NCBI GenBank assembly: GCA_046095365.1
Contig: JBJTJF010000077.1
Reading direction: 5' to 3' (one strand)
From: Mycobacterium sp.
Lineage (GTDB): Bacteria > Actinomycetota > Actinomycetes > Mycobacteriales > Mycobacteriaceae
Length of the DNA stretch: 64,000 nt
The notes beneath the pieces were generated by a model, which saw only the letters and a list, made by a program, of their open reading frames with translations, was not told the origin of the DNA and did no database searches. Positions 28,420 to 37,464 of the stretch are shown one piece after another (position 1 is the first letter of the stretch; every line of letters begins with the position of its first letter). Position numbers and translations under genes: made by a program.

Positions 28420-29021
28420 CGCCCGGCGAGCTCCGAGTATCCCCAGCCGACATAATCCTCGCCGTTGAAGTAGAACGACGTGACTGAGGCGAGGTTGCAC
28501 ATCCTCCGGGTCGGGAAGTGATGCAGCGGTTCGGAATTCATCGCCCGTCGCAATGTCTCCACTGGAAGCTGGTGGCTCACGGCGACCGCCTCGTGCCCGG
28601 CCCCCCGGTCCCTGGCCCGGGCCAGCGCCGAGCGCATCCGCTCGGCGATCTCGTGATAGGGCTCGCCCCAGGACGGCGAACGCGGGTTGCGCAGGTGCCA
28701 CCAGTTGCGGGGATCGCGCAGTGCGCCGTCTCCCGGGGAGACCCGCTGTCCCTGAAAGACGTTGTGCGACTCGATCAGTGAGTCGTCGACCTCGATCGGC
28801 AGTCCGTGGCGGACAGCGATCGGCGTTGCGGTCTCCTGCGCGCGCTCCAGGGGTGACGCGACGACGTGGACGATGTCGCGCTTGGCCAGCCACTCGGCGA
28901 CGGCCTCGGCCTGTGCGCGGCCCCGTTCGGAGAGGTGGTAGTCGGGCAGGCGTCCGTAGAGGACGCCCTCGGGATTGTGCACCTCGCCGTGCCGCATGAC
29001 GTGAACGATGGTCCGGGTCAT
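28416..29021 (-). CDS. Histidine phosphatase family protein (Rv0525-like)
   Basis: [25 protein letters not shown]. Confidence 0.92.
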   Translation of the reverse strand: MTRTIVHVMRHGEVHNPEGVLYGRLPDYHLSERGRAQAEAVAEWLAKRDIVHVVASPLERAQETATPIAVRHGLPIEVDDSLIESHNVFQGQRVSPGDGALRDPRNWWHLRNPRSPSWGEPYHEIAERMRSALARARDRGAGHEAVAVSHQLPVETLRRAMNSEPLHHFPTRRMCNLASVTSFYFNGEDYVGWGYSELAGR

Positions 29022-30331
29022 GACGGCTGCGCCTCCGCGGCAGCGCGAGCGGCCGCGGGCAGGGCGGCTGCGATCCGGTCGAAGGCGTCGTCGTCGAGAG
29101 CAGCCGAGACGAACCAGGTCTCGAATGCGCTCGGCGGGGCGTACACCCCGGCATCGAGCAGGGCGTGGAAGAACGGCGGGAACCGGAACGTCTCGCCGGC
29201 CCGGGCGCCGGCGAAGTCGGTGACCGGTTCGGCGGTGAAGAACACCGACAGGAAGTTGCCCGCCCGCGCCACCTGGTGGGTCACCCCGGCCTCCGACAGC
29301 GCACCGGACAGCAGCCCGGCCAACCGGTCCGCGTTGTCGTCGAGTGCGGCGTACACCGCGTCATCGGCATGGCGCAGGGTGGCCAGCCCCGCCGCCACCG
29401 CGACCGGGTTACCCGACAGCGTCCCCGCCTGATACACCGGGCCGAGCGGGGCCAGCCGTTCCATCACCTCGGTGCGCCCACCGAAGGCCGCGGCCGGCAG
29501 GCCGCCGCTCATGACCTTGCCGAAGGTGAACAGATCGGCGTCGACCGGATCGACTCCGTACCAACCGGATCGGCTGATCCGGAAGCCCGTCATCACCTCG
29601 TCGATGATCAGCAGGGCCCCGTGCTCGGCGGTGACCCGGCGCAGCGCGGCGTTGAAGCCCGGCAGCGGCGCGACCGCGCCCATGTTTCCGGGGCAGGCCT
29701 CGGTGATCACCGCCGCGATGCTGTCGCCGAACCGGCCGAACGACTCCTCGACCGCGGCGACGTCGTTGTAGGCCAGGACGATGGTGTCCGCGGCGGTGGC
29801 GCCGGTGACCCCCGGCGAGGACGGCAGGCCCAGGGTCGCCACCCCGGAGCCGGCGTCGGCGAGCAGCGCGTCGACGTGGCCGTGGTAGCAGCCGGCGAAC
29901 TTGATGATCTTCGGCCGGCCGGTGAACCCGCGGGCCAGCCGTACCGCGCTCATGGTCGCCTCGGTGCCGGAGTTGACCAGCCGGACCCGCTGCACCGGCG
30001 CCACCCGGGCGACGATCTCGGCCGCCAGTTCGGTCTCCGCCGCCGTCGGCGCCCCGAAGGACAGTCCGCCGGCGGCGGCCCGCTGCACCGCGTCCACCAC
30101 CGCCGGGTGGGAATGGCCGAGGATCATCGGCCCCCAGGAGCACACCAGGTCGACGTAGCGGTTGCCGTCGGCGTCGGTGAGCCAGCACCCCTGTGCCGAG
30201 GCCATGTAGCGGGGGGTGCCACCGACGGCGTTGAACGCCCGCACCGGCGAGTTCACCCCGCCCGGAATCACCGCACAGGCCTCGGCGAAGAGCGTGGCCG
30301 AGGCGGTCGGGGGCGCCGCCTGCTCGATCAT
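29018..30331 (-). CDS. hemL: Glutamate-1-semialdehyde 2,1-aminomutase
   Basis: [49 protein letters not shown]. Confidence 0.98.
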   Translation of the reverse strand: MIEQAAPPTASATLFAEACAVIPGGVNSPVRAFNAVGGTPRYMASAQGCWLTDADGNRYVDLVCSWGPMILGHSHPAVVDAVQRAAAGGLSFGAPTAAETELAAEIVARVAPVQRVRLVNSGTEATMSAVRLARGFTGRPKIIKFAGCYHGHVDALLADAGSGVATLGLPSSPGVTGATAADTIVLAYNDVAAVEESFGRFGDSIAAVITEACPGNMGAVAPLPGFNAALRRVTAEHGALLIIDEVMTGFRISRSGWYGVDPVDADLFTFGKVMSGGLPAAAFGGRTEVMERLAPLGPVYQAGTLSGNPVAVAAGLATLRHADDAVYAALDDNADRLAGLLSGALSEAGVTHQVARAGNFLSVFFTAEPVTDFAGARAGETFRFPPFFHALLDAGVYAPPSAFETWFVSAALDDDAFDRIAAALPAAARAAAEAQPS

Positions 30332-30419
30332 GGGCTCCAGTGTTCCAGCCGGAATGGGCCGGTAGGAGACGGGGTGGGGACCAAGGTCCCTTTCTTCCCG
30401 GCCGGGGCGACTTACCAGG

Positions 30420-30438
30420 ATTGGTTATGCTACCCTAA
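30420..30438 (+). promoter_or_regulatory. Putative IdeR/DtxR iron box over the feoA promoter
   Basis: ATTGGTTATGCTACCCTAA matches TTAGGTTAGGCTAACCTAA at 15 of 19 positions and contains TANNNT hexamers just before ATG 30443. Confidence 0.8.
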
Positions 30439-30442
30439 CTTA

Positions 30443-30754
30443 ATGTCCTCGGTATCCGAGCGGATGCGCGCGCGTGCGCTGGCCGGCGGCCACGGCACCG
30501 CCGCCGGACCCACCCTCGCCGACCTCGGCCGCGGTCAGCGGGCCCGGGTCGTCGGGTACAGCGGCGCGGTGCCGCCCAGCGCGGCCCGCCGGCTTTTCGA
30601 CCTGGGCCTGGTGCCCGGCGTCGAGGTGACGATGGTGCGCCGCGCGCCGCTGCGCGACCCGGTGATCTTCCGGGTCGGCGACTACGAGATCGCCCTGCGC
30701 GCGGAGCAGTCCCGCAGTATCCACATCGAGGTCCTCGTCGAGGCACTCCGGTGA
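30443..30754 (+). CDS. feoA: Ferrous iron transport protein A
   Basis: TLADLGRGQRARVV, RRLFDLGLVPGVEV, RRAPLRDP, IALR. Alternative start ATG 30464. Confidence 0.92.
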   Translation: MSSVSERMRARALAGGHGTAAGPTLADLGRGQRARVVGYSGAVPPSAARRLFDLGLVPGVEVTMVRRAPLRDPVIFRVGDYEIALRAEQSRSIHIEVLVEALR

Positions 30755-32709
30755 GCGACGCGCACTGCGCGGGCGGCGGTGCGCCCACCGTCGAAGACGT
30801 CGGCCTGACCCGCTTCGCCGTCGTCGGCAGCCCCAACTCCGGCAAGACGACCCTGTTCAACGCACTGACCGGACTGCACGCCAAGACCGGCAACTACCCG
30901 GGGGTGACCGTCGCCCGCTACGAGGGCACGACCCGTCTCGGCGACGACGAGACCGTGGTCGTGGAGGATCTGCCCGGAACCTACAGCCTGGACCCGATCA
31001 GCCCCGACGAACAGATCGTCGTCGATGTCCTCGATGCCGACCATCACAACACCGGCGTCGATGTACCCGACGCCATGCTGGTGACCCTCAGCGCGACGTC
31101 GCTGCGGCGATCTCTGGGCCTGCTGGCCCAGCTGCAGCAGACCGGTCTTCCGATCTGCGTCGTGCTGACCTTCACCGACGACCTAGCGCGGCGCAACGGC
31201 CGGCTCGACATCCCGGCGTTCACCCGCGCGCTCGGGGTTCCGGTGGTGACCGTGGTGGCCGGACACCGCGACGGCCTGGCCGACCTTCGCCATGTGATGG
31301 CCCGCTTCGACTCCTGGACCGCGCCCGTCGTGCCACCACCCACCGAGCCCGCCGAGGTGACCGCCTGGGCCGACTCGGTGCTCGACGCCTCCGGATACCG
31401 GCTGCCCGAAATCGACAACCGCACCCACCGCATCGACTCCGTCGTGCTGCATCCGGTGCTGGGCACCGCGATCTTCCTGCTGACCATGTTCGTCTTCTTC
31501 CAGACCATCTTCGCGGTCGCGGCGCCCCTGCAGGACTACGTCGAGGCCTTCTTCGGCTGGCTGGGCGGGCTGGTGGCCGACCACGTCGGCATCGGCTGGC
31601 TCTCGGCGTTCCTGTCCCAGGCGGTGATCGGCGGGGTGGGCAGCGTGCTGGTGTTCGTACCGCAGATCGCGCTGCTGTTCGTGCTGATCGCACTGCTGGA
31701 GGGCACGGGTTACCTGGCCCGGGCGGCGTTCCTGATGGACCGGGTGATGTCGCGTGCCGGGCTGGAGGGTCGGGCCTTCGTGGCGCTGCTGTCGTCCTTC
31801 GCCTGCGCGATACCGGGCATCATGGCCACCCGCTCGCTGCCCTCGGCGCGCGACCGGCTGGCAACCATGATGGGCGCTCCGCTGATGACATGCTCCGCGC
31901 GGCTGCCGGTCTACATCCTGCTGATCAGCCTTCTGCTGCCCGGCCACGCCCGGGTCGGGCCGTTCAACGCCCGTGGCGTGGTGATGTTCGCGCTGTACCT
32001 GTTCGGCGCCCTGTCGGCGATGCTGACCGCCGCGCTGTTCAAGAAGATCACCTCCCGGGGCGGGCCGATGCTTCCGTTCTACATGGAGATGCCGCCCTAT
32101 CAGGTGCCGCGGGCGCGCAACGTGACCGCCGAGGTGTGGACGGCGACCGCGGCCTTCCTGCGCAAGGTCACCTCGATAATCCTGGCCACCACGGTGGTGT
32201 TGTGGGTGCTGCTGAACCTGCCGATGCGCGGCGACGCGGAGCTGGCAGCGGCCGGCGTCGACACCGGCGACGACGCCGCCGTCGCCGCCTATGTGATCGA
32301 CCATTCCTATGCGGCGAAAGTGGGCCGCGCCGTCGAACCCGTCTTCGAGCCGCTGGGCTTCGACTGGCGGATCAACATAGGCATCCTGTCGTCCCTGGCG
32401 GCACGCGAGGTCTTCGTCGCCACCCTCGGCCAGGTCGCCGCCGCCGAGAACCCGGAGGAGCCCGCACAGGCGCTTCGGGACATGACCGTGCAGAGCGGAC
32501 CGCAGGCCGGGCGCACCCTGTTCGACGCCCCAACCATCGCCGCGCTGCTGGTCTTCTTCATGTACGCCCTGCAGTGCATGTCGACGGTCGCCGTGCTGCG
32601 CCGGGAGAGCGGCTCGTGGAAGTGGCCGGCCGTGGCGTTCGGCTACATGTTCGCCCTGGCGTGGACGCTGGCGTTCGTGGCCAGGACCGTCGTGGCGGCG
32701 CTGGTGTGA
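30751..32709 (+). CDS. feoB: Ferrous iron transporter B
   Basis: G1 GSPNSGKT, G2 NYPGVT, G3 DLPG, YLARAAFLMD, gate motifs SFACAIPGIM, MTCSARLPVY, LQCMST. Confidence 0.95.
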   Translation: MSDAHCAGGGAPTVEDVGLTRFAVVGSPNSGKTTLFNALTGLHAKTGNYPGVTVARYEGTTRLGDDETVVVEDLPGTYSLDPISPDEQIVVDVLDADHHNTGVDVPDAMLVTLSATSLRRSLGLLAQLQQTGLPICVVLTFTDDLARRNGRLDIPAFTRALGVPVVTVVAGHRDGLADLRHVMARFDSWTAPVVPPPTEPAEVTAWADSVLDASGYRLPEIDNRTHRIDSVVLHPVLGTAIFLLTMFVFFQTIFAVAAPLQDYVEAFFGWLGGLVADHVGIGWLSAFLSQAVIGGVGSVLVFVPQIALLFVLIALLEGTGYLARAAFLMDRVMSRAGLEGRAFVALLSSFACAIPGIMATRSLPSARDRLATMMGAPLMTCSARLPVYILLISLLLPGHARVGPFNARGVVMFALYLFGALSAMLTAALFKKITSRGGPMLPFYMEMPPYQVPRARNVTAEVWTATAAFLRKVTSIILATTVVLWVLLNLPMRGDAELAAAGVDTGDDAAVAAYVIDHSYAAKVGRAVEPVFEPLGFDWRINIGILSSLAAREVFVATLGQVAAAENPEEPAQALRDMTVQSGPQAGRTLFDAPTIAALLVFFMYALQCMSTVAVLRRESGSWKWPAVAFGYMFALAWTLAFVARTVVAALV

Positions 32710-32710
32710 T

Positions 32711-33277
32711 GTGATCGGCATCCACGCCGAACGGGTGGCCGGTCACGATCAGGTCGTCCGCTGGGTGGTTCCGCCGGGAATCCTGCCAGTCGGCCGGGTG
32801 CGCCGTGCCCCGGGCCGGATCGGTGAGATGCTCTGCGCGGGAACGTTTTCCGAAGCTCTGACTGAGCACGGCGCAGTGTGGCTCTGGCTGCGCGAGGACC
32901 TGTCCTGGGCGCGCGAGGGCCCGGCCGTCCAAACCGCCCTGCGCCAGGCGCTGGCCGAGCCATCCGGTTGGCTGGTGGAACCGGCCCCCGGCGAGGTGCT
33001 GGCGCACGTGACCGAGGACCTGCTGGCCGGATCGGTCGGGGACTTCGTGCGCTCGCACGGCGGGTCGGTGACGGCCCGCCCGGCCGGCGGCGAGGAGGTG
33101 GCGGTCCAGCTCGGCGGGGCATGCGAGCACTGTCCGGCCGCCGAGCACACTCTTCGACTGCGACTCCTGGGGGAACTGCGGCGACGCTGCCCCGATCTGG
33201 TGGAGTCCGGCGCCGGACGCGGCCAGCTACGGCTCCGACTCGAGCGGTCGGTTGGCCGGGGCGGCTCGGATACCTAG
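32711..33277 (+). CDS. NifU C-terminal-domain protein
   Basis: C-terminal [26 protein letters not shown] (Nfu CxxC domain). Starts 1 nt after feoB. Confidence 0.8.
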   Translation: MIGIHAERVAGHDQVVRWVVPPGILPVGRVRRAPGRIGEMLCAGTFSEALTEHGAVWLWLREDLSWAREGPAVQTALRQALAEPSGWLVEPAPGEVLAHVTEDLLAGSVGDFVRSHGGSVTARPAGGEEVAVQLGGACEHCPAAEHTLRLRLLGELRRRCPDLVESGAGRGQLRLRLERSVGRGGSDT

Positions 33278-33888
33278 TTCGCCGGCCCGGCTGGAGCGCC
33301 GACCAGCCGATCGGTCCGCAATGCCTCGGGCAGGCTGGGGAGAAAGTGCTTCGTGGCGAAGGCCCTGATGTCGTCGGGCGTCTCGACCGGGTCGGCGCTG
33401 GGCAGCAGGAGCAGCATCATCGCGTAGCGCCAGATGCACTCGGCGAGCTCGCGAACGGCCTGCGGGCCGATCCGGCCGGCGAACCCCGGCGGGAAGATGA
33501 CCTGCAGGGCCTGCTCGATCCGGGCCACCGCCGGGCGATAGTGCCGGCCTGCCAGTTGCAGGCTCAGAGCGGGCTCGTCGACGATCATCCGGTTGAGCAC
33601 CCGGTGCCGGCGGGTGCGCAGCATGGCGGCGGTGAACGCCTCGACGTAGAAATTGGACTGCGGTCGTGTGGTTTTCAGCTCCTCGGCGATCTCGGAGAAC
33701 AGCCGGGCGTTCTCCCGGTCCATGACGGCGGCGACCAGTTCGTCGCGATTGGCGAACCGGCGGTAGATGGTCGTCCGGCTGACACCCGCGCGTCGGGCCA
33801 CGTCGTCCAGAGCCACCCGGCGGATGCCGTGCCGGTCGAACTCGGCCAGCGCGGCGTCGAGGATGGCCTCGGTCGCACCGTCAGGCAT
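33274..33888 (-). CDS. TetR family transcriptional regulator
   Basis: [37 protein letters not shown]. Confidence 0.93.
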   Translation of the reverse strand: MPDGATEAILDAALAEFDRHGIRRVALDDVARRAGVSRTTIYRRFANRDELVAAVMDRENARLFSEIAEELKTTRPQSNFYVEAFTAAMLRTRRHRVLNRMIVDEPALSLQLAGRHYRPAVARIEQALQVIFPPGFAGRIGPQAVRELAECIWRYAMMLLLLPSADPVETPDDIRAFATKHFLPSLPEALRTDRLVGAPAGPAN

Positions 33889-34750
33889 ATCGGGCGAAGC
33901 CCTCACGGGCGTAGGGCACGTAGCGCAGCCTGACCGGCACGCGCCGCCATAGCCAATTCACCAACGGAGTGCGGCACAGCGCCGCGAAACGCTGATAGCG
34001 GCGCTCCCGGCGATGGTCCCAGGGCAAGTCCAGGATCGCGCGGGTGCGCGGCGGCATGCCACCGGTGGTCAGGAAAGCGGCCAGCGGATTGAACACCGGC
34101 GCAACGACTTTCCACAGATACGGCGGAACACCCTTGGGCGCCGGGAAGCCCCTGGTGACGTACCCGACGCCGTACCTGGCGGTCCGGTGAGCAACGAGGA
34201 CCTCGCCGATCATGTGGTCCCAGTACTTCTCGAACGCCGCGTAGTCCGCGGGCATCGGTCGCTCGCTGACGCCGTAGCGGCGGTACCAGGTCTTGGACTC
34301 CAGGTACATCTGCTCCTTCTCCGCGCGGGAGAGCCGGCGCACGAAGGTGTCGGTGAAGTACAGCACCTGGTCGAAGAACGTCGCGTGCGCCCAGAAGTAG
34401 GTGTCGGGGTCCAGCGCGTGGTAGCGGCCTCCACCGAACTCGGCGGGCATCTCGCCCTTGATGCCGGTGTGGAACGCGCGCACCATCTCCCCGGCGTTGT
34501 CGTCGTCGCTGCCGTAGACGGTCCGGTAGATCGGCGGAAGTGACCGTCGGATGCGCGCGGAGGTGTCGGCGAAGAACACCGAGTGGTCCACCACCCCCTG
34601 GCCGAGTTCGGCGAGCATGTTCTGCAGAACCGCCGGCCGGGGCCCGACCAGCGCGATCCGGCGGTCGCCGAAGTACTGCCACACCAGCGAGCCGGGGCCC
34701 AACGGGAGGGCGTCGGGGCCGCTGGCGGGGCGGTGGGCCAGATCGGTCAT
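33881..34750 (-). CDS. Oxygenase MpaB/DUF2236 family protein
   Basis: [43 protein letters not shown]. Confidence 0.88.
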   Translation of the reverse strand: MTDLAHRPASGPDALPLGPGSLVWQYFGDRRIALVGPRPAVLQNMLAELGQGVVDHSVFFADTSARIRRSLPPIYRTVYGSDDDNAGEMVRAFHTGIKGEMPAEFGGGRYHALDPDTYFWAHATFFDQVLYFTDTFVRRLSRAEKEQMYLESKTWYRRYGVSERPMPADYAAFEKYWDHMIGEVLVAHRTARYGVGYVTRGFPAPKGVPPYLWKVVAPVFNPLAAFLTTGGMPPRTRAILDLPWDHRRERRYQRFAALCRTPLVNWLWRRVPVRLRYVPYAREGFARYA

Positions 34751-34760
34751 GCGGAACAGT

Positions 34761-34784
34761 GTTACAGATTATGAACTTTGTACC
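34761..34784. promoter_or_regulatory. Possible TetR operator (imperfect palindrome)
   Basis: gtTACAgattatgaacttTGTAcc is AT-rich and overlaps a CATAAT -10 on the minus strand upstream of the DUF2236-TetR pair. Confidence 0.4.
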
Positions 34785-34790
34785 AAATGC

Positions 34791-35078
34791 TCAGCCGCCG
34801 TGCCCGCATGCACCCCCGGGGGCAGCCCGCCTGAGTCGAGGCCCCCGGCGCAGCCCCGCCACCCCCAACACGGCCAGCACCCCGGCCGTCGTCGCCAGCA
34901 CCCAGGCCAGGAACATCAGGGGCGGGTCGTAGGCAACCGAGACGGTGGCCGGCTGGCCGTCGATGACCGGGGCGACATCGACCAGACTCGTGACGTTCAG
35001 CCAGCACAGCAGTGCCCCGGCCGCCGCCACCGCAGCCCCGGCCAGTTGGACGGCATGCTTGCGGACCGGGCGTCTCAC
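34791..35078 (-). CDS. Membrane protein (Rv0514-like)
   Basis: VAPVIDGQPATVSVAYDPPL flanked by two TM helices. Confidence 0.8.
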   Translation of the reverse strand: MRRPVRKHAVQLAGAAVAAAGALLCWLNVTSLVDVAPVIDGQPATVSVAYDPPLMFLAWVLATTAGVLAVLGVAGLRRGPRLRRAAPGGACGHGG

Positions 35079-35584
35079 CTCGACTCCACCAGCCGGGTCA
35101 ACGCGGCCCGCAGTCCCTCGTGGTCGCGCGCCCAGGCCTGGGCCGTGCGGTCACCGGCCAGCTTCAGGCCGATCGCGGTGCGGCCCCTGGGCACCCCGGA
35201 CAGCTCGCCGAGGGTCCGGGCGGACTGCCACCCCTCCGTCGGCGGGCTGGCCCGCAACCGCCAGTTCTGGGTCGGTCCGGCGGACTTCGCCTGCTCCTCG
35301 GGTTCGGGGTACAAACCGACGATCTGCTGTACGGGCAGGACCTCGGTGCCCTCACGCAGCGCGTCGGCCGTCAACTCCACACTGGTGTGGATCCGGGCGG
35401 CCTTGATCTGCAACCCGAGAAAACCGGACACCAGCACCAGGAACAGCACCGGCACCGTCAGTGGAAAACCCAGCCCGGCCCGGTACTGCACGAACACCAT
35501 CGCCAGCGCCGCGGCCGGACCGGCCAGCAACCACAGCCAGCTGGCTCCGGCCTCGGCGAACAGCGGCTCGGCGTGCTCATCCAC
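35075..35584 (-). CDS. Membrane protein (Rv0513-like)
   Basis: KAARIHTSVELT, WQSARTLGELSGVPRGRTAIGLKL, AQAWAR. Confidence 0.85.
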   Translation of the reverse strand: MDEHAEPLFAEAGASWLWLLAGPAAALAMVFVQYRAGLGFPLTVPVLFLVLVSGFLGLQIKAARIHTSVELTADALREGTEVLPVQQIVGLYPEPEEQAKSAGPTQNWRLRASPPTEGWQSARTLGELSGVPRGRTAIGLKLAGDRTAQAWARDHEGLRAALTRLVESR

Positions 35585-36005
35585 CGGCGTACCACTCGAC
35601 CACGCCGGGCCGGCTCAGCAGCAGTGTGCCGAGGATTATCGCCAGCAGGCTCAGCAGCGAAAGAATGTGCGTGCCGGAGAACACGGCGGCCACCGCGACC
35701 AGGACCACGATCGCCAGCCCCAGTGTCATCGCGGCCCGGCGCGACCGCGGGTCACGGTTGCGCGCGCGGGCGGCGAACCAGGCCAGCGCGCCTCCGGCGA
35801 CGGCGAACAGGACGCCCCCGCCCCGGTATATCCGCGCGTAGGAGCGGACCGCCTCGTCGGAAACGGTCGGCGGGGCGGCCTGGCGCAGGGAGTCGAAACT
35901 CATGAACAGGGCCAGCAGTCCGCCGGCTATCAACAGGACCGCGGCCGCGGTCAGCAGCCAGCACCCGGCCGTGACGGCGCTGGGCCGGTATTCGGTCGTG
36001 GACAT
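35577..36005 (-). CDS. Hypothetical membrane protein
   Basis: Four hydrophobic segments, co-oriented and overlapping within the hemB-distal operon. Confidence 0.7.
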   Translation of the reverse strand: MSTTEYRPSAVTAGCWLLTAAAVLLIAGGLLALFMSFDSLRQAAPPTVSDEAVRSYARIYRGGGVLFAVAGGALAWFAARARNRDPRSRRAAMTLGLAIVVLVAVAAVFSGTHILSLLSLLAIILGTLLLSRPGVVEWYAGG

Positions 36006-36050
36006 GGTCTCCAAGCCTATCGGGGTCGGACGGGTTCGGGCCGGGCCGGC

Positions 36051-36479
36051 TCAGCGAACGAAGAACCGCTGCGAATCCGCGCGGTGCAGCAGGTAGATCC
36101 CGCCCGCGATGAACACCGAGCCGAATATGCCGGTCACCGCGTAGACCACCGCGGGAACCAGCGGGCGCGAGGTGCTCAGCAGGTTGGCCGTGGTCAGGAA
36201 AATAGTGATCAGGCCGCCGGTGGTCAGCAGCGTGCGCGCCCAGCGGTAACCCGACCGCAGCAGCGCCATCAGCCCGACCACCACGCCGCCGAGGATGGTG
36301 GCGATGAAAGCCGTCATCACGAATACGTGCGAGTTGCCGGCCGTCTCGGCCGCGACGTAGGCATCGGCCAGTTGACCGATCACCATCAGCGGAACAGCGG
36401 CCAGCCAGAGCCAGAAGCCGGTGTCGACGTCGGCCGGACGCGATGGCGCGCCGGTGGGCGGCTGAGGGCCGGTGGTCAT
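36051..36479 (-). CDS. Hypothetical membrane protein
   Basis: RPADVDTGFWLW, RSGYRWART, four TM segments. ATG overlaps the hemB TGA. Confidence 0.75.
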   Translation of the reverse strand: MTTGPQPPTGAPSRPADVDTGFWLWLAAVPLMVIGQLADAYVAAETAGNSHVFVMTAFIATILGGVVVGLMALLRSGYRWARTLLTTGGLITIFLTTANLLSTSRPLVPAVVYAVTGIFGSVFIAGGIYLLHRADSQRFFVR

Positions 36480-37453
36480 GCCAGCCAGCCCGCAGCCTCG
36501 GCCGCCCAGTAGGTCAGCACGATGTCGGCTCCGGCGCGCCGGATGCAATTCAGCGACTCCAGCGCGGCGGCCCGGCCGTCCACCCAGCCGTTGGCGGCCG
36601 CGGCGCTGATCATCGCGTACTCCCCCGACACCTGATAGGCCGCCACCGGAACCGGGGAGACCTCCGCGGCCGCCGCAACGACGTCCAGATAGCCCATCGC
36701 CGGCTTGACCATCACGATGTCGGCGCCCTCCCCGATATCGAGCAGTATCTCCCGCACCGCTTCGCGCCCGTTGCCGCTGTCCTGCTGGTAGGTGCGGCGG
36801 TCCCCGGTCAGCGTGGAGGCGACCGCTTCGCGGAACGGACCGTAGAACGACGAGGCGAACTTCGCGGCGTAGGCGAGGATGGCGACGTCGGGAAAACCCG
36901 CGGCGTCCAGCCCGTCGCGGATGGCGGCCACCTGTCCGTCCATCATGCCGCTCGGACCGACCACCTGCGCACCGGATTTAGCCTGCGCCACAGCGAGTTT
37001 CACGTATTGGGCATTAGTGGCGTCATTGTCGATACGGCCCGAGGCGTCCAGTACCCCGCAGTGGCCGTGGTCGGTGAACTCGTCAAGACAGGTGTCGGCC
37101 ATAAGCACCGTCGCATCGCCGAGATCATCGGCCAGGTCGCGAAGCGCGACGTTGAGAATGCCGTCGGGGCGGATGCCGAACGAGCCGGTGGCGTCCCTGT
37201 CCCCGTCGCGGGGCACTCCGAAGACCATCAGGCCGCCCACACCGGCCCGCACCGCCTCGTCGGCAGCGCGGCGCAGCGAGTCGCGGGTGTGCTGGCAGAC
37301 CCCCGGCATGGAGGCTATCGGGCGGGCCTCGGAGATCCCGTCGGCGACGAACATCGGCAAAACCAGATGCCGGGGCTCCAGGGCGGTCTCGGCCACCAGC
37401 CGGCGCAGGGCGGGTGTGGAGCGCAGCCGACGCGGGCGTTGCCGGGGAAACAT
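36476..37453 (-). CDS. hemB: Porphobilinogen synthase
   Basis: RPRRLR, DTCLDEFTDHGHCG, PSGMMDG, YAAKFASSFYGPFREA, MVKPA, YQVSGEY. Confidence 0.98.
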   Translation of the reverse strand: MFPRQRPRRLRSTPALRRLVAETALEPRHLVLPMFVADGISEARPIASMPGVCQHTRDSLRRAADEAVRAGVGGLMVFGVPRDGDRDATGSFGIRPDGILNVALRDLADDLGDATVLMADTCLDEFTDHGHCGVLDASGRIDNDATNAQYVKLAVAQAKSGAQVVGPSGMMDGQVAAIRDGLDAAGFPDVAILAYAAKFASSFYGPFREAVASTLTGDRRTYQQDSGNGREAVREILLDIGEGADIVMVKPAMGYLDVVAAAAEVSPVPVAAYQVSGEYAMISAAAANGWVDGRAAALESLNCIRRAGADIVLTYWAAEAAGWLA

Positions 37454-37464
37454 CGACCTGTCCG

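Noticed and set aside
25476-29154. Apparent long fusions (763-aa ResB, 369-aa CcdA, 444-aa TlpA)
   Set aside because: These are open-frame extensions through upstream genes, common in high-GC DNA. Real starts sit at the GTGA/TTGA overlaps.
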